DNA of 64,000 nucleotides from Pseudomonadota bacterium (GTDB lineage Bacteria; Pseudomonadota; Alphaproteobacteria; Sphingomonadales; Sphingomonadaceae): NCBI GenBank assembly GCA_023457895.1, contig JAEXAY010000012.1, positions 2,512 to 66,511 of the forward strand, read 5' to 3'. Shown piece by piece: positions 62,858 to 64,000 of this stretch (position 1 is its first letter; each line of letters starts with the position of its first letter). The notes under the pieces were generated by a model. It saw only the letters and a program-made list of their open reading frames with translations, ran no database searches and was not told where the DNA came from. The position numbers and the translations under genes were made by a program.

Positions 62858-63498
62858 GCTACGCGGTCAAGGAAATCTTCCTGACGCTCCAGGGCGAAGG
62901 TGCCCAGGCCGGACGCCGCGCTGTATTCTGCCGATTTGCCGGGTGCAATCTGTGGAGTGGGCGCGAAGAGGATAGGGTCAGCGCCGTCTGCCGTTTCTGT
63001 GACACCGATTTTATCGGAATGAACGGAGAAGGCGGAGGCCGCTTTGCCAACGCTTCCTCCCTCGCGGACGCGATTCAGTATCATTGGGGCAGAGATCCGG
63101 ACCGGCGCCTTGTCGTGCTGACCGGCGGGGAGCCACTGCTACAACTGGATCGTACGCTGATCGATGCCTTGCACGATCGCGGATTCCAGATTGCAGTCGA
63201 AAGCAACGGAACGATCGAGGCGCCGGAGGGGATCGACTGGCTCTGCATCAGCCCCAAGGGCAACGCCGAAGTGGTCCAGCGTTCCGGTGATGAACTAAAA
63301 CTGGTTTGGCCGCAGGCGGAGATCGACCCCGCGGAACTGGAAAGCTGGGCGTTTGACCATTTCATGCTTCAGCCCAAGGACGGGGTGATGGACGGGAGCG
63401 ACAGCGAGGCCAATCGCGCCGCCGCAATCGACTTGGTGATGGCCCGGCCGCGGTGGCGACTATCCCTGCAGAATCATAAATTTCTTGGGCTGCCCTGA
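62854..63498 (+). CDS. queE: 7-carboxy-7-deazaguanine synthase (radical SAM, Cx14CxxC type)
   Basis: Has LQGEG and FCRFAGCNLWSGREEDRVSAVCRFC (C-x14-C-x2-C). Its GTG start overlaps the queC TGA (GTGA). Confidence 0.9.
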   Translation: MSYAVKEIFLTLQGEGAQAGRRAVFCRFAGCNLWSGREEDRVSAVCRFCDTDFIGMNGEGGGRFANASSLADAIQYHWGRDPDRRLVVLTGGEPLLQLDRTLIDALHDRGFQIAVESNGTIEAPEGIDWLCISPKGNAEVVQRSGDELKLVWPQAEIDPAELESWAFDHFMLQPKDGVMDGSDSEANRAAAIDLVMARPRWRLSLQNHKFLGLP

Positions 63499-63512
63499 CA
63501 GGTAGCGGCGGT

Positions 63513-63884
63513 TTATTCGTCCGTTTTTGCCGCCGGTTCGCCCTTGTCGGAAGCACTTGGCACGGCAGGCTGACTCGTTTGCGCAGCCTTGCGCGCCAGG
63601 ATTTTCGATGCGTCGCTGCCGTCCTTGCCTGCCCCGCTGACCGGCGCGCCGGTATCGCCCCCCGAACCATTGTCTATCGTTTCGTAAAGGCCGCCGGTGG
63701 CATTTGCGTCGATTGACGTGCCATCTCCCTGACTCGTGTCGAGCAGGATCATGTCATCGCTGATCGTGCCATCGACCACTTCGACATTGGTCATCTTGGT
63801 GGTGCTCGCCTCGCCGCTGGACTTGTTGCAGGCCGCTACGCCGAGCGAAGCGATGATCAGGGGAAAAAGGAGAATGCTCTTCAT
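63513..63884 (-). CDS. Lipoprotein, acidic/low-complexity, hypothetical
   Basis: MKSILLFPLIIASLGVAAC has the lipobox LGVAAC. The start is set at 63884. Confidence 0.7.
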   Translation of the reverse strand: MKSILLFPLIIASLGVAACNKSSGEASTTKMTNVEVVDGTISDDMILLDTSQGDGTSIDANATGGLYETIDNGSGGDTGAPVSGAGKDGSDASKILARKAAQTSQPAVPSASDKGEPAAKTDE

Positions 63885-64000
63885 GCGGGCGGTCTTTACC
63901 GGCAAGTGACGAGGCTATCAAGGAAGCTGTCGCGATGGTGGAGCAGGGCGTTGTCGAAGTCCGTCATGGATGCGCCCACGCCGAGAGCGGCGAGGCTCGT

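Overview
This window is 64 kb of high-G+C alphaproteobacterial chromosome. Gene content, protein signatures and a canonical tRNA-His (encoded G-1, C73) fit Sphingomonadales; this is inference, no search was run. There are about 60 genes, mostly core housekeeping in recognisable units: yajC-secD-secF; a complete ccmCDEFGHI cytochrome c maturation operon chained by overlapping stop/start codons; kup; leuA preceded by a Leu-rich leader peptide; metY; ilvI-ilvH-ilvC; miaA/serB; a TonB-dependent receptor; pgsA; oxyR/cysE; glmU and glmS; a His-rich CDF transporter; argD-argF; hslO; queC-queE; tRNA-Pro(GGG) and tRNA-His(GTG). Three accessory loci stand out. (i) The left 3 kb is a decayed island abutting the 3' end of tRNA-Pro. 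It holds the tail of an Rhs polymorphic toxin with a low-G+C C-terminal module, a tiny membrane immunity candidate, an IS630-family element nested in an IS3-family remnant, and an AlpA-type regulator, but no integrase. (ii) At 21.5-23.1 kb there is an orphan HExxH effector-like metalloprotease with a downstream lipoprotein. (iii) The most interesting locus is 44.9-47.5 kb: a tightly coupled operon encoding a Tat-signal small protein, a PqqD-like peptide-binding protein, an HPr-kinase-like P-loop kinase and an NTP_transf_5-like nucleotidyltransferase. This looks like a RiPP-like modification cassette without any known cyclase, protease or exporter and with no established substrate. Non-coding structure not explained by genes includes a ~75-90 nt imperfect-palindrome repeat family (3 copies), GGGAAT-type REP hairpins, a 3 x 17 bp tandem repeat after tRNA-His, phased TATG repeats upstream of a porin gene, and two clean intrinsic terminators. 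No rRNA, CRISPR array or prophage structural genes were seen. All family names are from my own reading of the translations and are not database-verified.
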